Shown here: positions 20,574 through 29,870 of the stretch, piece by piece
Layout: every line of letters starts with the position of its first letter
Numbering within the stretch: the first letter of the stretch is position 1
Program-made: the position numbers and the translations under genes
Notes under the pieces: model-generated
Databases searched by the model: none
Told to the model about the DNA's origin: nothing
Seen by the model: the letters and a program-made list of their open reading frames with translations, nothing else
NCBI GenBank assembly: GCA_963796965.1
Contig: CAWCNS010000008.1
Coordinates: 320,001-384,000 of the forward strand
Reading direction: 5' to 3'
DNA from: Calditrichia bacterium
GTDB lineage: Bacteria; Calditrichota; Calditrichia; JAJRVZ01
Length of the DNA: 64,000 nucleotides

Positions 20574-20672
20574 GTATAGAGACTCCTTTTTGATCAAATG
20601 ATTTAACCAGGTATATTTTATGCTCATTTAGATAATATAGTTCCTGATTTATACACCAACATGATCAAATCA

Positions 20673-20703
20673 AAGACAGCGCAGCAATTCGCTGCGCTGT
20701 CTT
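20673..20703 (-). terminator. 13-bp GC-rich hairpin after the TonB-dependent receptor gene
   Basis: AAGACAGCGCAGC-AATTC-GCTGCGCTGTCTT. The U-tract is weak, so it may be a leaky terminator or an mRNA stabiliser. Confidence 0.65.
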
Positions 20704-20740
20704 ATTCTTATTTAACTATGGAAGACCAATATCACCAATC

Positions 20741-23581
20741 TTACTTTAAGGACAGTCGCACGCCTGCGCGCATCCACCAGCCATAGTATTCCTGTTGCCT
20801 TGGTCGATCGACAATACCAAAGTAATTTACTTCAGGTTCATCCAAAAGATTTACAACCTCTGCAAAAATATCCAGTTCCGGAATGATTTTGTAGCTTGCG
20901 GAAAGATCCATCTGCATATGGCTGTCACGCCACTCATCTTCACTACCGTCAGGCTCTGAGGAAACCTCTACCAGGTATTTACCATGATAATTCAGGGTAA
21001 ACCGGCCTGAAAATCCACCCCATTCATAGGATAGGGCCACATTACCGATATCACCAGCTTGACCAGGTAATGCTTTTACATCTTCTCGTGTATCTTTGAT
21101 CAAGTCAGATTCAGCCCAGGTCTTGGTAAAATTTGCAAAAACACCAAGGCCACCCCACATACCTGGTAGAAAAGTAAATTGCTGTTGCCAGTTTACTTCA
21201 ATACCAATAATACTGGCCTTTCCTCCATTTACTGGGCCTCTGAACTCCCAACCATCAAATTGTGAATCAGGATCATCGATATCATCTCTGAGTTCAAAAA
21301 TTATATTATCCATATCTTTATAGAACACGCCACCGGAAAGCACACCGACACCGACAAAATAATGTTCACCCATCAGATCAAGATTCCATGACTCAGTAAT
21401 TTCCAGATTCGGATTTCCAGCGCGTATTTCTTCCCCATCAAAATCAAGTGAAGAGTACGGTACGAGATCCCAGTAATTTGGCCGTGCCATCGTTCGTGTA
21501 ACAGCAAATCTAAGATTGCTCATCCGGGCTAACGCATATTTCAGATGCAGGTTAGGCATCCACATCCCATAACTTCTGTCATCCGTTGTATCTGAATTAG
21601 CCACCAGGTCACCATCCGTATTCCAACGAAGTACAGATCCTGTATAGTCGTTTTGAGTACCTTCATATCGTAAACCCAATAACACTGTCATTGGATTCAT
21701 ATTAACTGTTGTCATCGCATAACCAGCATAGATATTTTCTTTAGCATCATACGCTTGACCAAATGTATCCCAGATATCGGTACTTCCCTCAAAACCGTCA
21801 GGATTATCCCGCCAGGTGTTAAAGAAATCTTCGACCTTCTTTGCATCTGGTGCCGGGCCATAGCGATAGTTATTATCCAGAAAATCTAACTTGCCTTCAT
21901 CTCTGTCAGCTGCCAATTGGTTCATAAAAACATCATCGCCTTCCCAGTCATATCCGGTACGATCATCTTTACGATCTTTTTGTTTAATACGCACCTTCCC
22001 ACCAAATTTAAAGTCAGAAGCATAGCCAGCCAAAGTATAAGGCATTTTTAAATTGGCGGCAATAACCGTATTTTGGTCAGATGCGGAAGTATTTCGATAG
22101 TCAACACCTCTTAATTCATAACCAGTGGCATCAAATTCATCAAAGACTTCATCATCCCCTACATTTGTTTGATTCCAGGTTGGAAAATTTGGCTTATCAT
22201 AGTTTATTCTGAAATTATAATTATCCTCGATACTACGCCACTCAGAGTCGATCTGTGGTTGATGTTTTTCATCAGCAAAACTATAAGCAACTTTATAGTC
22301 CAGATTTAAACTTCCGAGCTGATGCTCACCACCTGCCGAAAAGGCTTGCTGGATCAATTCTTCAACCCTTTGTCCGGATTCCATCTCGATTCTTGCACCT
22401 TCTAATGTGGTACCATCAGAAGTTAAGTAATCTCCTCGGCCCATGCGTACACGTTTACGGCCAAATTCCTGGTCATCATCCAACTTGTTCCACATTCCAT
22501 CAATAAAAAAGCGGGTGCTTGGATTTGGACGATATTCAAAAGTTCCACCAAATCCCATCCGAGCACGGATATTATAGTAATCTCTTAAATCCACATTATC
22601 TAATGCCCAGCCTCCACGAACCAATCCACCATCTTCGGCATCCGGATCATCATAGTCGGTTTCCTTATTGTGAGCACCCTTATCTGTCTGGTCATAATTT
22701 GCCGTCAAGGTAAGTCCAAAATTCTTATCTTCACCAAAACGGTTACTATAACTAAACTTGCCCTGATAAATTGCGTCACCCCTTAAATTGGTGTATCCCG
22801 CTCCAACAGTTGCACGCAACCGCATTCCGGTATAATCAAAGGCACTACGGGTAATCAGATTGACCGTTCCACCAATGGCATCGCCATCTAAATCTGGTGT
22901 AAGTGCTTTCACGACTTCAATCGAAGCCATCTGATTTGACCCGACGATATCGAGCTGGGAATACCGTTCTTCAACACGGCTCGTCGCCAACTCTTCCCCA
23001 TTGACTTTTACATTTGTTAAACGAGGCTCGGTTCCACGCACCATCACATAGCGCCCTTCTCCTTGACTTCTGTCGATATAGACACCAGGCACGCGCGATA
23101 CAACATCAGCCGTTGTATAATCAGGAAAAAGTTCCATCTGCTCTCTGGAGACAACATTTTTAATATTGGGAGCTACGCGTTGCTGGTTCAGGGCACTCAT
23201 TTGTCCTTCCAACTGACCCTCAACAATGATAACATCCGTTTCCATTGCACTTACGGTTAATCCAATCTCGTCCAGGACTGCCCGCGGTTCAGTGCTGCTA
23301 ATCGATATCTGAGTAGAATAATCCTCATAACCAATATAATTCACTGCCAGATTATAAGATCCCTCAGGGACATTGGAAATAATAAAAAATCCATCCCGAT
23401 CAGTTGCAGCACCCAATGTGGTACCTTCAATAAATACATTCGCACCAGCCAGATAACTGCCCGTAGTACCATCTACAACTCTACCGGCGACCATACCCTG
23501 TGCAAATAGCATGGTCGTTGACATAAAAACGATAATGAAGCAAATCAAAATCCTGCTTAGTGATGATGATTGGTTCACCAT
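20741..23581 (-). CDS. TonB-dependent receptor (non-SusC type) with an N-terminal carboxypeptidase-regulatory-like domain
   Basis: LAGANV.IEGT..G.ATD.DG.F, plug RVPGV..GEGRYV.VRG and IEVVK..TPD.DGDAIGG.VNL, GNPNL, C-terminal beta strand. SD GGAGG. Confidence 0.93.
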   Translation of the reverse strand: MVNQSSSLSRILICFIIVFMSTTMLFAQGMVAGRVVDGTTGSYLAGANVFIEGTTLGAATDRDGFFIISNVPEGSYNLAVNYIGYEDYSTQISISSTEPRAVLDEIGLTVSAMETDVIIVEGQLEGQMSALNQQRVAPNIKNVVSREQMELFPDYTTADVVSRVPGVYIDRSQGEGRYVMVRGTEPRLTNVKVNGEELATSRVEERYSQLDIVGSNQMASIEVVKALTPDLDGDAIGGTVNLITRSAFDYTGMRLRATVGAGYTNLRGDAIYQGKFSYSNRFGEDKNFGLTLTANYDQTDKGAHNKETDYDDPDAEDGGLVRGGWALDNVDLRDYYNIRARMGFGGTFEYRPNPSTRFFIDGMWNKLDDDQEFGRKRVRMGRGDYLTSDGTTLEGARIEMESGQRVEELIQQAFSAGGEHQLGSLNLDYKVAYSFADEKHQPQIDSEWRSIEDNYNFRINYDKPNFPTWNQTNVGDDEVFDEFDATGYELRGVDYRNTSASDQNTVIAANLKMPYTLAGYASDFKFGGKVRIKQKDRKDDRTGYDWEGDDVFMNQLAADRDEGKLDFLDNNYRYGPAPDAKKVEDFFNTWRDNPDGFEGSTDIWDTFGQAYDAKENIYAGYAMTTVNMNPMTVLLGLRYEGTQNDYTGSVLRWNTDGDLVANSDTTDDRSYGMWMPNLHLKYALARMSNLRFAVTRTMARPNYWDLVPYSSLDFDGEEIRAGNPNLEITESWNLDLMGEHYFVGVGVLSGGVFYKDMDNIIFELRDDIDDPDSQFDGWEFRGPVNGGKASIIGIEVNWQQQFTFLPGMWGGLGVFANFTKTWAESDLIKDTREDVKALPGQAGDIGNVALSYEWGGFSGRFTLNYHGKYLVEVSSEPDGSEDEWRDSHMQMDLSASYKIIPELDIFAEVVNLLDEPEVNYFGIVDRPRQQEYYGWWMRAGVRLSLK

Positions 23582-23828
23582 TTTTTCCTCCAATGTTTAG
23601 GTAAGGTAAACTACTGAATTAAATATAAAAATTTCATGCGTATTAATTAAACGCTCCCGAAACCACCTCCTTTGCAAGGGTTAAGTTAGTTTGATCAATA
23701 AATATTTATATATTTCGACAATATTACGATCCAGGTTCATGAGAAAAATATCAATTATAGAGACATTATTTTGTGAGTATGGGTGTTATAAAACGGAACT
23801 TCTAATTGGATATCACCGGATCTGAAAA

Positions 23829-23857
23829 AATATAGAGCATCGCTCTGTTTTTGTCAA
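23829..23857 (-). promoter_or_regulatory. Consensus sigma70 promoter of the TBDR unit with an operator in the spacer
   Basis: Minus strand TTGACA (23857-23852), 17 nt, TATATT (23834-23829). Palindrome TATAGAGC-ATC-GCTCTGTT at 23831-23849. Confidence 0.8.
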
Positions 23858-23883
23858 TAGTTTTTTTCAAAATCCAACAATTG

Positions 23884-24651
23884 TCACACGCAGGCCCGAA
23901 GGCCCCCATCCACAAACAAAACATGTCCATTTACATAGTCAGATGCCTTTGAGGCCAGAAAAATTGCAGAACCAACCAGTTCTGCAGGATCTCCCCACCG
24001 ATTTGCCGGGGTTCTAGCACATAACCAGGCATCAAATTTTTCATCCTCATATAATGGTTTTGTTAACTCTGTTTTAAAATACCCTGGTGCAATTCCGTTT
24101 ACCTGGATATTATATTTTCCCCAATCGGTTGCCATTCCCTGTGTAAGTAATTTTAGTCCTCCCTTTGATGCCGTATAGGGTGCAATGGTTGGTCGGGCCA
24201 AATCACTCTGTATGGAACAAATATTGATGATTTTTCCCGCATGGCGTGAAATCATACCGGCAACGACTGCCTTGGAAGTTAGAAATGCACCTGTCAAATT
24301 AATATCGAGGATACTTTGCCAATCTTCTCGGGTAAATTTTTCCAGGGGACCTCGTATGGTAATACCTGCATTGTTGATCAGTATATCAATTGATCCAACT
24401 GTGGATTCAACTTCAGCTATAGCGCTATTGATACTGTCTTCGTCACTAACATCAAATACTGTATAATGTGTATCAACACCGTCAGTACTTAATATATCTG
24501 CTGCTGTCCTTAAAGTAGCTGACTTTCTTCCATTTAAAATTATTGTTGCACCGGCCTTACCCAAACCTTGCGCTAAGGTAAATCCAATTCCACGACTTGA
24601 ACCGGTTATCAGAGCATTCTTTCCCTTAAGACTGAAAATATCCTCAACCAT
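23884..24651 (-). CDS. idnO: SDR oxidoreductase, gluconate 5-dehydrogenase (IdnO/KduD-like)
   Basis: TGSSRGIG, NNAG, KIINICS.QS.LAR.TIAPYTASKG, GIAPGYF.T, RTPA.RWG. Confidence 0.8.
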   Translation of the reverse strand: MVEDIFSLKGKNALITGSSRGIGFTLAQGLGKAGATIILNGRKSATLRTAADILSTDGVDTHYTVFDVSDEDSINSAIAEVESTVGSIDILINNAGITIRGPLEKFTREDWQSILDINLTGAFLTSKAVVAGMISRHAGKIINICSIQSDLARPTIAPYTASKGGLKLLTQGMATDWGKYNIQVNGIAPGYFKTELTKPLYEDEKFDAWLCARTPANRWGDPAELVGSAIFLASKASDYVNGHVLFVDGGLRACV

Positions 24652-24681
24652 CTAAACATCCTCCAGACGTACATGTATTTC

Positions 24682-24766
24682 AAACACAAAGAACACCAAG
24701 AAGGCACAAAGTTCACAAAGTTAATTTATATTATTCTTTTCTTTACACCTTGGCGTCTTTGCGAGA
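24682..24766. repeat. Degenerate palindromic element, CACAAAG family
   Basis: AAACACAAAGAACACCAAGAAGGCACAAAGTTCACAAAG...CCTTGGCGTCTTTGCGAGA, similar to 13862-13960. Confidence 0.65.
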
Positions 24767-26093
24767 CTATAAAATCATTTTTTTGACCATTTCTATAACT
24801 GACAGGGCTGATTCATAAGCACCCCAAACCGCGAGAATAAAGAGGAAACCCATAACCAAATTCTCCCATAGGCGGTTTTTATATTGATCACCAATATAAC
24901 GACTGTTTGCAGTTATCCACCAAAGTCCACCTGCTAGTGCCGGAATCAAAACAGCCATCAATGTATTAGCAAGAAGTGTCAACGTCACAAAATCTGCCTT
25001 ACCGGTCAGAATCCACACAAATGGTGAAACCATAATCCATAAAGCAATAAATATATAAATCGGATGAGAGCGATAATCAATAACATCACCGCCCTTTGAT
25101 TTCTTACGCCAGCGGTTATAAGCATGACTGCCCAGATAACCCAATCCCAAACCATTACCCAATAAGGAGGTGTACACTGCGCCAAACATGCCCAGATAGA
25201 ACAATTTCCGGCCTCCCTCACCCAGGACCAATCCAAGAAGACCGGTAAGATCATCAAGATTTGTGATAGTCTTGCCACTGTCATGAACCAATTCGGCACC
25301 AAGGGTCCACACGGCCAGGTTGAAAATAATTAATGCGACTACAGCAAGAATAAAATCATAAGTTTGTACCCGGCGGTATTTTGGACTATTCCAACCTTTT
25401 TGTTCCAAGAAAATAGGGATAAACCAGATTTAAAAGCGAACCACCAACTGCGCCAACCATGGCCATAGCCACAGCCATCGCACCAAAAGGTCCCTCTTGT
25501 GGTGGCAGATCAAAGGCGATCGTTCCTTTAACGATGCCGGTAAGATTCGGTCCGACCCATAACGCGGTACCCACCAGACAAACAGTCATAATATTATAAA
25601 AACTTTAAATATCCACTCTACACGGTTCCAGATTGGACGAAAGACAACCAAAAGTCCCAGGAGCACCCAGAAAGAGACCCCATTGCCATTCCTGTCCGAA
25701 TCCGGTTAAACTGACCATGGTTTCACCTATACCGGCTATCATATAGGTTCCGTTAATATGACCAATAACCAGAATAACGAGTAGTAAAAACGGTGCAAAG
25801 TATGGATGCAAGCGAACCAAACCATCTAACAGTCCCTCACCATGCTGATTGCATAACTGATACTTTGCAATAGTGGTAACAAAGAAAAAACGCATTAAAA
25901 GGGCAAATACCATTGCCCACATGAGGGCATAGCCATAGTTTCCACCGGAAACACCGGCTGATACAATATCGCCGGAGCCAAGCCATGTTAGCACAATAAC
26001 AAAACCAGGCCCAAATGATTTCAAATATTGAACGAAAGTTTTTGGAATTGGTGGTTCAGTTTGATTACGTGTATCTTGTTCGTCTGGTTTCAT
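24767..26093 (-). CDS. NRAMP-family-like transporter, split by at least two frameshifts
   Basis: GPGF...LTWLGSGD...GGNYGYALMW, MVGAVGGS..N..YPY, F..G.FGAV.TS across three ORFs. Confidence 0.8.
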
Positions 26094-26111
26094 AGATAAA
26101 TGAATTTTTAA

Positions 26112-26139
26112 TTTCACGCAGCGACGCAGAGACGCAGCG
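26112..26139. repeat. Solo left arm of the TCACGCAG family
   Basis: TTTCACGCAGCGACGCAGAGACGCAGCG. Confidence 0.65.
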
Positions 26140-26361
26140 TATAAAAGATTAAGGTAGTTCTATAAAAATACCATTGATTATTTTGTTTCGAATATTCTTT
26201 GAACATTGAGTTAACTATACTTGTGAATAAGTTCAGAATAAATTCACGATTCATCGCTAAGAATTCTCAATTCACAATTAATCAACTTGAACATTGATTA
26301 TTTCGTGTTGACTATTGAATATTTAAAATCACACACATGATTCTGTTATATGAACAATATT

Positions 26362-26386
26362 GGGCGGCCCACCGGGCCGCCCCTAC
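26362..26386 (-). repeat. Classic GTAG-type REP
   Basis: Minus strand GTAGGGGCGGCCC-GGT-GGGCCGCCC, just downstream of the IclR stop. Confidence 0.8.
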
Positions 26387-26398
26387 ACACTCTATGCT

Positions 26399-27202
26399 TC
26401 ACGCCTTGACGTCAACTCTGGCTGGCCTATACCCCAGGCTCAGCGAAATGCGCATCGTTCCTTTTTTAATCGCTTCACCGATGTCCGAAAAATCTTTTTC
26501 TAAAATTCGTTGTGATGGTCCGGTAATCCAGATAGCAGCAACAGGATACCCCGTCCTGTTAAAAATGGGTGCTCCCACGCAATGCATACCCTGAATTTCT
26601 TCGGCATGATCAACAGCGTATCCTTTTTTCCGAATTTTTTTAAGCTCTTTACGGAAAATTTCTCTATCAGTTATTGTGTTCGCACTATACTTTTTTAATT
26701 TGATCTGTTTAATAAATTCTTCTCGTTCCTCTTCAGGGAGGAATGCCAGCATCGCTTTACCCGGTGCCGCTGTATGAAGATGAAACTTTCTTCCCGGTTC
26801 AAGGACGAAGCGAAAGGAATGCAGCCCCTGCACTTCTTCGACGACCAATCCTTCAGAACCATGGAGAATTCCAAGTGGAACTGTTTCTTTAAATTGATCA
26901 CGCAACTTCCGCATCACACCTAACGACTTCTCAATTAACGTTTGTTCACTTAAAGCCGCATAGCCAAGCGTCAACAGTTTTTGAGAAAGTTGATAAGATT
27001 TTGTTTCATCATCCCGAATCAAATACCCATGCTCAAGCATAGTCTGGGTGATTCTAAAAACACTGTTTCGTGGTATTTTTAGTTTCGCTGTAATCTCGCT
27101 TGAGTTTAGGCCTTCCGGATGCTCAGAGAGTATTTCAAGCACGCGTAGTGCACGGGAAAGGTTGGGCACATGATATTTGTCATTTGTTTTTGATGGCGAC
27201 AT
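26399..27202 (-). CDS. IclR family regulator
   Basis: VPNLSRAL.VLE HTH, LH.TA.GKA.LA, GYAVD..E...G..CVGAPI. Confidence 0.95.
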   Translation of the reverse strand: MSPSKTNDKYHVPNLSRALRVLEILSEHPEGLNSSEITAKLKIPRNSVFRITQTMLEHGYLIRDDETKSYQLSQKLLTLGYAALSEQTLIEKSLGVMRKLRDQFKETVPLGILHGSEGLVVEEVQGLHSFRFVLEPGRKFHLHTAAPGKAMLAFLPEEEREEFIKQIKLKKYSANTITDREIFRKELKKIRKKGYAVDHAEEIQGMHCVGAPIFNRTGYPVAAIWITGPSQRILEKDFSDIGEAIKKGTMRISLSLGYRPARVDVKA

Positions 27203-27225
27203 TATAAGCCCGAATTTTGTTTAAC

Positions 27226-27272
27226 ATTTAGACGTGATGGCTAAATATAAAAACATTGCCTTCTGAACACAA
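27226..27272 (-). promoter_or_regulatory. iclR promoter with a candidate autoregulatory operator
   Basis: Minus strand TTGTGT, 17 nt, TATATT (27249-27244). ATTTAGAC-N7-CTAAATATA (27226-27249) overlaps -10/+1. Confidence 0.7.
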
Positions 27273-27314
27273 GATTTTTAACCAGTAATAGATACTGGAT
27301 ACTGATTATTTTTA

Positions 27315-27392
27315 ATTTTGGATTTTGGATTTTTAATTAATCGTTCCTCCATAGGAGCCGCATGCTAAAATCTGCAATCCAAAATCCAAAAT
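27315..27392. repeat. Heptamer-periodic inverted repeat element
   Basis: Perfect 17-bp IR ATTTTGGATTTTGGATT / AATCCAAAATCCAAAAT. Confidence 0.75.
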
Positions 27393-27399
27393 ATGCAAA

Positions 27400-29409
27400 T
27401 CAAGATCCCAACCTCTCAATAATCCTCTTATATATTTTCTCAGATGTAAATCCAAAATAATCCTGAACGACGGTTGCTGGCGCTGATACGCCGAACTCAT
27501 CCTGAGAAATTATCAGACCATCTTTTCCTACAAAACGCTGCCAGCCAAGCCCCCGCCCGGCCTCCACGCTTACCTTTAAGCGCGCAATACCATTCAGAAT
27601 AGAATTTTGATAATCCTTATCCTGTTCATCAAACAATTCCCAGCTGGGCAAAGAAATGACCCTCGTATTCAAACCACCCTCTTCCAGCATTTTTGCAGCG
27701 CCTACTGCCGCATGGATCTCGGAACCTGTCGCAAATATCTCCACATCAACCGGCAACAATGCCTCCCCATAAAGGAAATAAGCACCTTTGCCTACGCCCT
27801 CACGGGCTCTTTCAGAGGTTAACTCACTCACCGTTGAGGCCACAGGCTGCCGGGTAAAACACAAGGCGACGGGTTGATCCTTTATTAACACCGCGTTTAT
27901 CCAGGCTGCTTTAACTTCGTTTTCATCACCCGGCCGGATCATGGTTAAATTAGGAATCAGCCGCAATGACATGAGATGTTCCACAGGATGATGTGTTGGA
28001 CCATCCCACCCCACCATAATCGAATCATGCGAATAAACAAAAATAACATGCTGTTTCATTAAAGCGGCCATGCGCAGGGCATTACGCATATAATCAGAAA
28101 AAACGAGGAAAGTGCCGACCACAGGTTGTAACATTCCATGGAGTTGGATGCCGGTAGCACAGCCAGCCATACAAAATTCTCTTACGCCAAATTTTATCTG
28201 TCTGTGAGACCAGTCGATATCACGAATTATATCACGTTCCTCCAATATCCAGGTAAAGTCACAGCTAACAACATCTGCGGAGCCTGTCACCATATACGGC
28301 AATAAATTTGCCATAACCTGAACCATGGCCTCATTATACTTTCGTGTAGGCAAATTTTGATCGATGGGCATCTGCCATACCATTTCCTCAAATTCATCTG
28401 GGATCCGCTTATACATATAGGTATCCCAGTCACGGGCTTTATCCAGATCACCATTTTTCATTTTGGATAGTTTGACATCCCATTGATTCTCAACTTCTAT
28501 CCATCCAGATTGCAAATCAGTAAAATACTGCCGAACCTCCTCAGGAACATAGAACAATGGCGCTTCCGGCCAACCTATATCCTTTTTTAACAATGACATT
28601 TCTTCGGGACCCAAAAACTGCCCATGGCTGATACTCTTTCCCTGACGATTGGGACAATGCTTTCCGATAATTGTTTTAGCTATGATTAAGGTCGGCTTGT
28701 CCTGGGAATGTCTGCCAGACAAGAAAGCCCTTTCCATTTCATCAAAATCATATCCATCGATCGTAATCACATTAAAACCATAGGCTTCGTAGCGTTTCGC
28801 CGTATCTTCAGTTAAGCAATCCCGGGTCGGGCCATCAAGACAGATATCATTAGAATCATATATAATGACGAGATTATTCAAGCCTAATGTCCCTGCCAGA
28901 CTACCTGATTCAGAACTAATCCCTTCCATGATACATCCATCACCTGCCAACACCCAGATCCGGGCATCAAAAAGATCCGCCCCAAAACGGTTAGCCAGGA
29001 TTTTCTGAGCTATGGCCATTCCAGTACCGACAGCGACACCTTGCCCCAATGGACCGGTGGTTGTTTCAACGCCTGGTGTTTCACCGACTTCAGGATGTCC
29101 GGGTGTGGCTGAATGCAATTCCCGGAAATGCTTAATATCTTCCATACTAACACCATAACCGCAGAGATGAAGCAATGAATATAGAAACATCGAACCATGA
29201 CCGGCAGAGAGTACGAACCTGTCCCGCCCCATCCATTGCGGATTAGCAGGATTATGCCGCAAAATTTTTGAGAACAAACAGGCACCCAACTCAGCAGCCC
29301 CGAGTGGAATCCCCGGATGCCCCGATTGTTGCTTCTCAATAGCATCAGCCGATATAGCACGTACCGCATGAGCTACTTTTTGCAAAATCTCTTTCTCAGA
29401 TCTATCCAT
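27400..29409 (-). CDS. tkt: Full-length transketolase with atypical active-site motifs
   Basis: SGHPG, DRFVLSAGH, TPGHPE, TTGPLGQG, GDGC.MEG, FGVREF, HDS, DGPTH. Confidence 0.93.
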   Translation of the reverse strand: MDRSEKEILQKVAHAVRAISADAIEKQQSGHPGIPLGAAELGACLFSKILRHNPANPQWMGRDRFVLSAGHGSMFLYSLLHLCGYGVSMEDIKHFRELHSATPGHPEVGETPGVETTTGPLGQGVAVGTGMAIAQKILANRFGADLFDARIWVLAGDGCIMEGISSESGSLAGTLGLNNLVIIYDSNDICLDGPTRDCLTEDTAKRYEAYGFNVITIDGYDFDEMERAFLSGRHSQDKPTLIIAKTIIGKHCPNRQGKSISHGQFLGPEEMSLLKKDIGWPEAPLFYVPEEVRQYFTDLQSGWIEVENQWDVKLSKMKNGDLDKARDWDTYMYKRIPDEFEEMVWQMPIDQNLPTRKYNEAMVQVMANLLPYMVTGSADVVSCDFTWILEERDIIRDIDWSHRQIKFGVREFCMAGCATGIQLHGMLQPVVGTFLVFSDYMRNALRMAALMKQHVIFVYSHDSIMVGWDGPTHHPVEHLMSLRLIPNLTMIRPGDENEVKAAWINAVLIKDQPVALCFTRQPVASTVSELTSERAREGVGKGAYFLYGEALLPVDVEIFATGSEIHAAVGAAKMLEEGGLNTRVISLPSWELFDEQDKDYQNSILNGIARLKVSVEAGRGLGWQRFVGKDGLIISQDEFGVSAPATVVQDYFGFTSEKIYKRIIERLGS

Positions 29410-29537
29410 AAATCATTTCCTTTTGAGATATAAGCACAATATTACTGAATAGAGTTACAGGACGATCACCCTAAATTCACGACTCATCTTAAAATATTGA
29501 TTTGCAAAAAAATTCGATTTTCTTGCAAATTTGGTTG

Positions 29538-29587
29538 TATATTTAGACAGACCATCTAAATATATTACATAAGTTTTTTAATTGCAA
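29538..29587 (-). promoter_or_regulatory. tkt promoter with a palindromic operator
   Basis: Minus strand TTGCAA (29587-29582), 17 nt, TATATT (29564-29559). Perfect IR TATATTTAGA-N7-TCTAAATATA (29538-29564). Confidence 0.75.
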
Positions 29588-29683
29588 TCAAGAACTTAAG
29601 TAAAATCTTACCAGTTCTTCATTTATAATACTGGAATCAGGTATTATAAGTGAATAATTTATTTGAAGTAAAAAAGTGAATAT

Positions 29684-29806
29684 TTCTTTAAACGCAGAGT
29701 TCGCGGAGAACGCAAAGAAAAGTATTAACTTCTATTTAAAAGTATGAAAATAAACTCTGCGGTACTCAGCGTTCTCAGCGTTCTCAGCGTTCTCAGCGTT
29801 AAAGAA
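29684..29806. repeat. Palindromic element, AACGCAGAG family, with a tandem 9-mer expansion
   Basis: TTCTTTAAACGCAGAG...(CTCAGCGTT)x4 at 29765-29800, then AAAGAA. Confidence 0.8.
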
Positions 29807-29870
29807 GATTTACATAATTAAACTACTATAGTTGTACGTGACAATAAATCTTAACCTAATAGGATAAAAA

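Noticed and set aside
20741..23581. SusC/SusD pair
   Set aside because: The receptor lacks SusC signature motifs and the downstream lipoprotein is Ig plus propeller, not SusD-like
23582..23828. Cobalamin or TPP riboswitch in the TBDR leader
   Set aside because: No conserved riboswitch core was recognisable by eye. An Rfam/Infernal scan would settle it.
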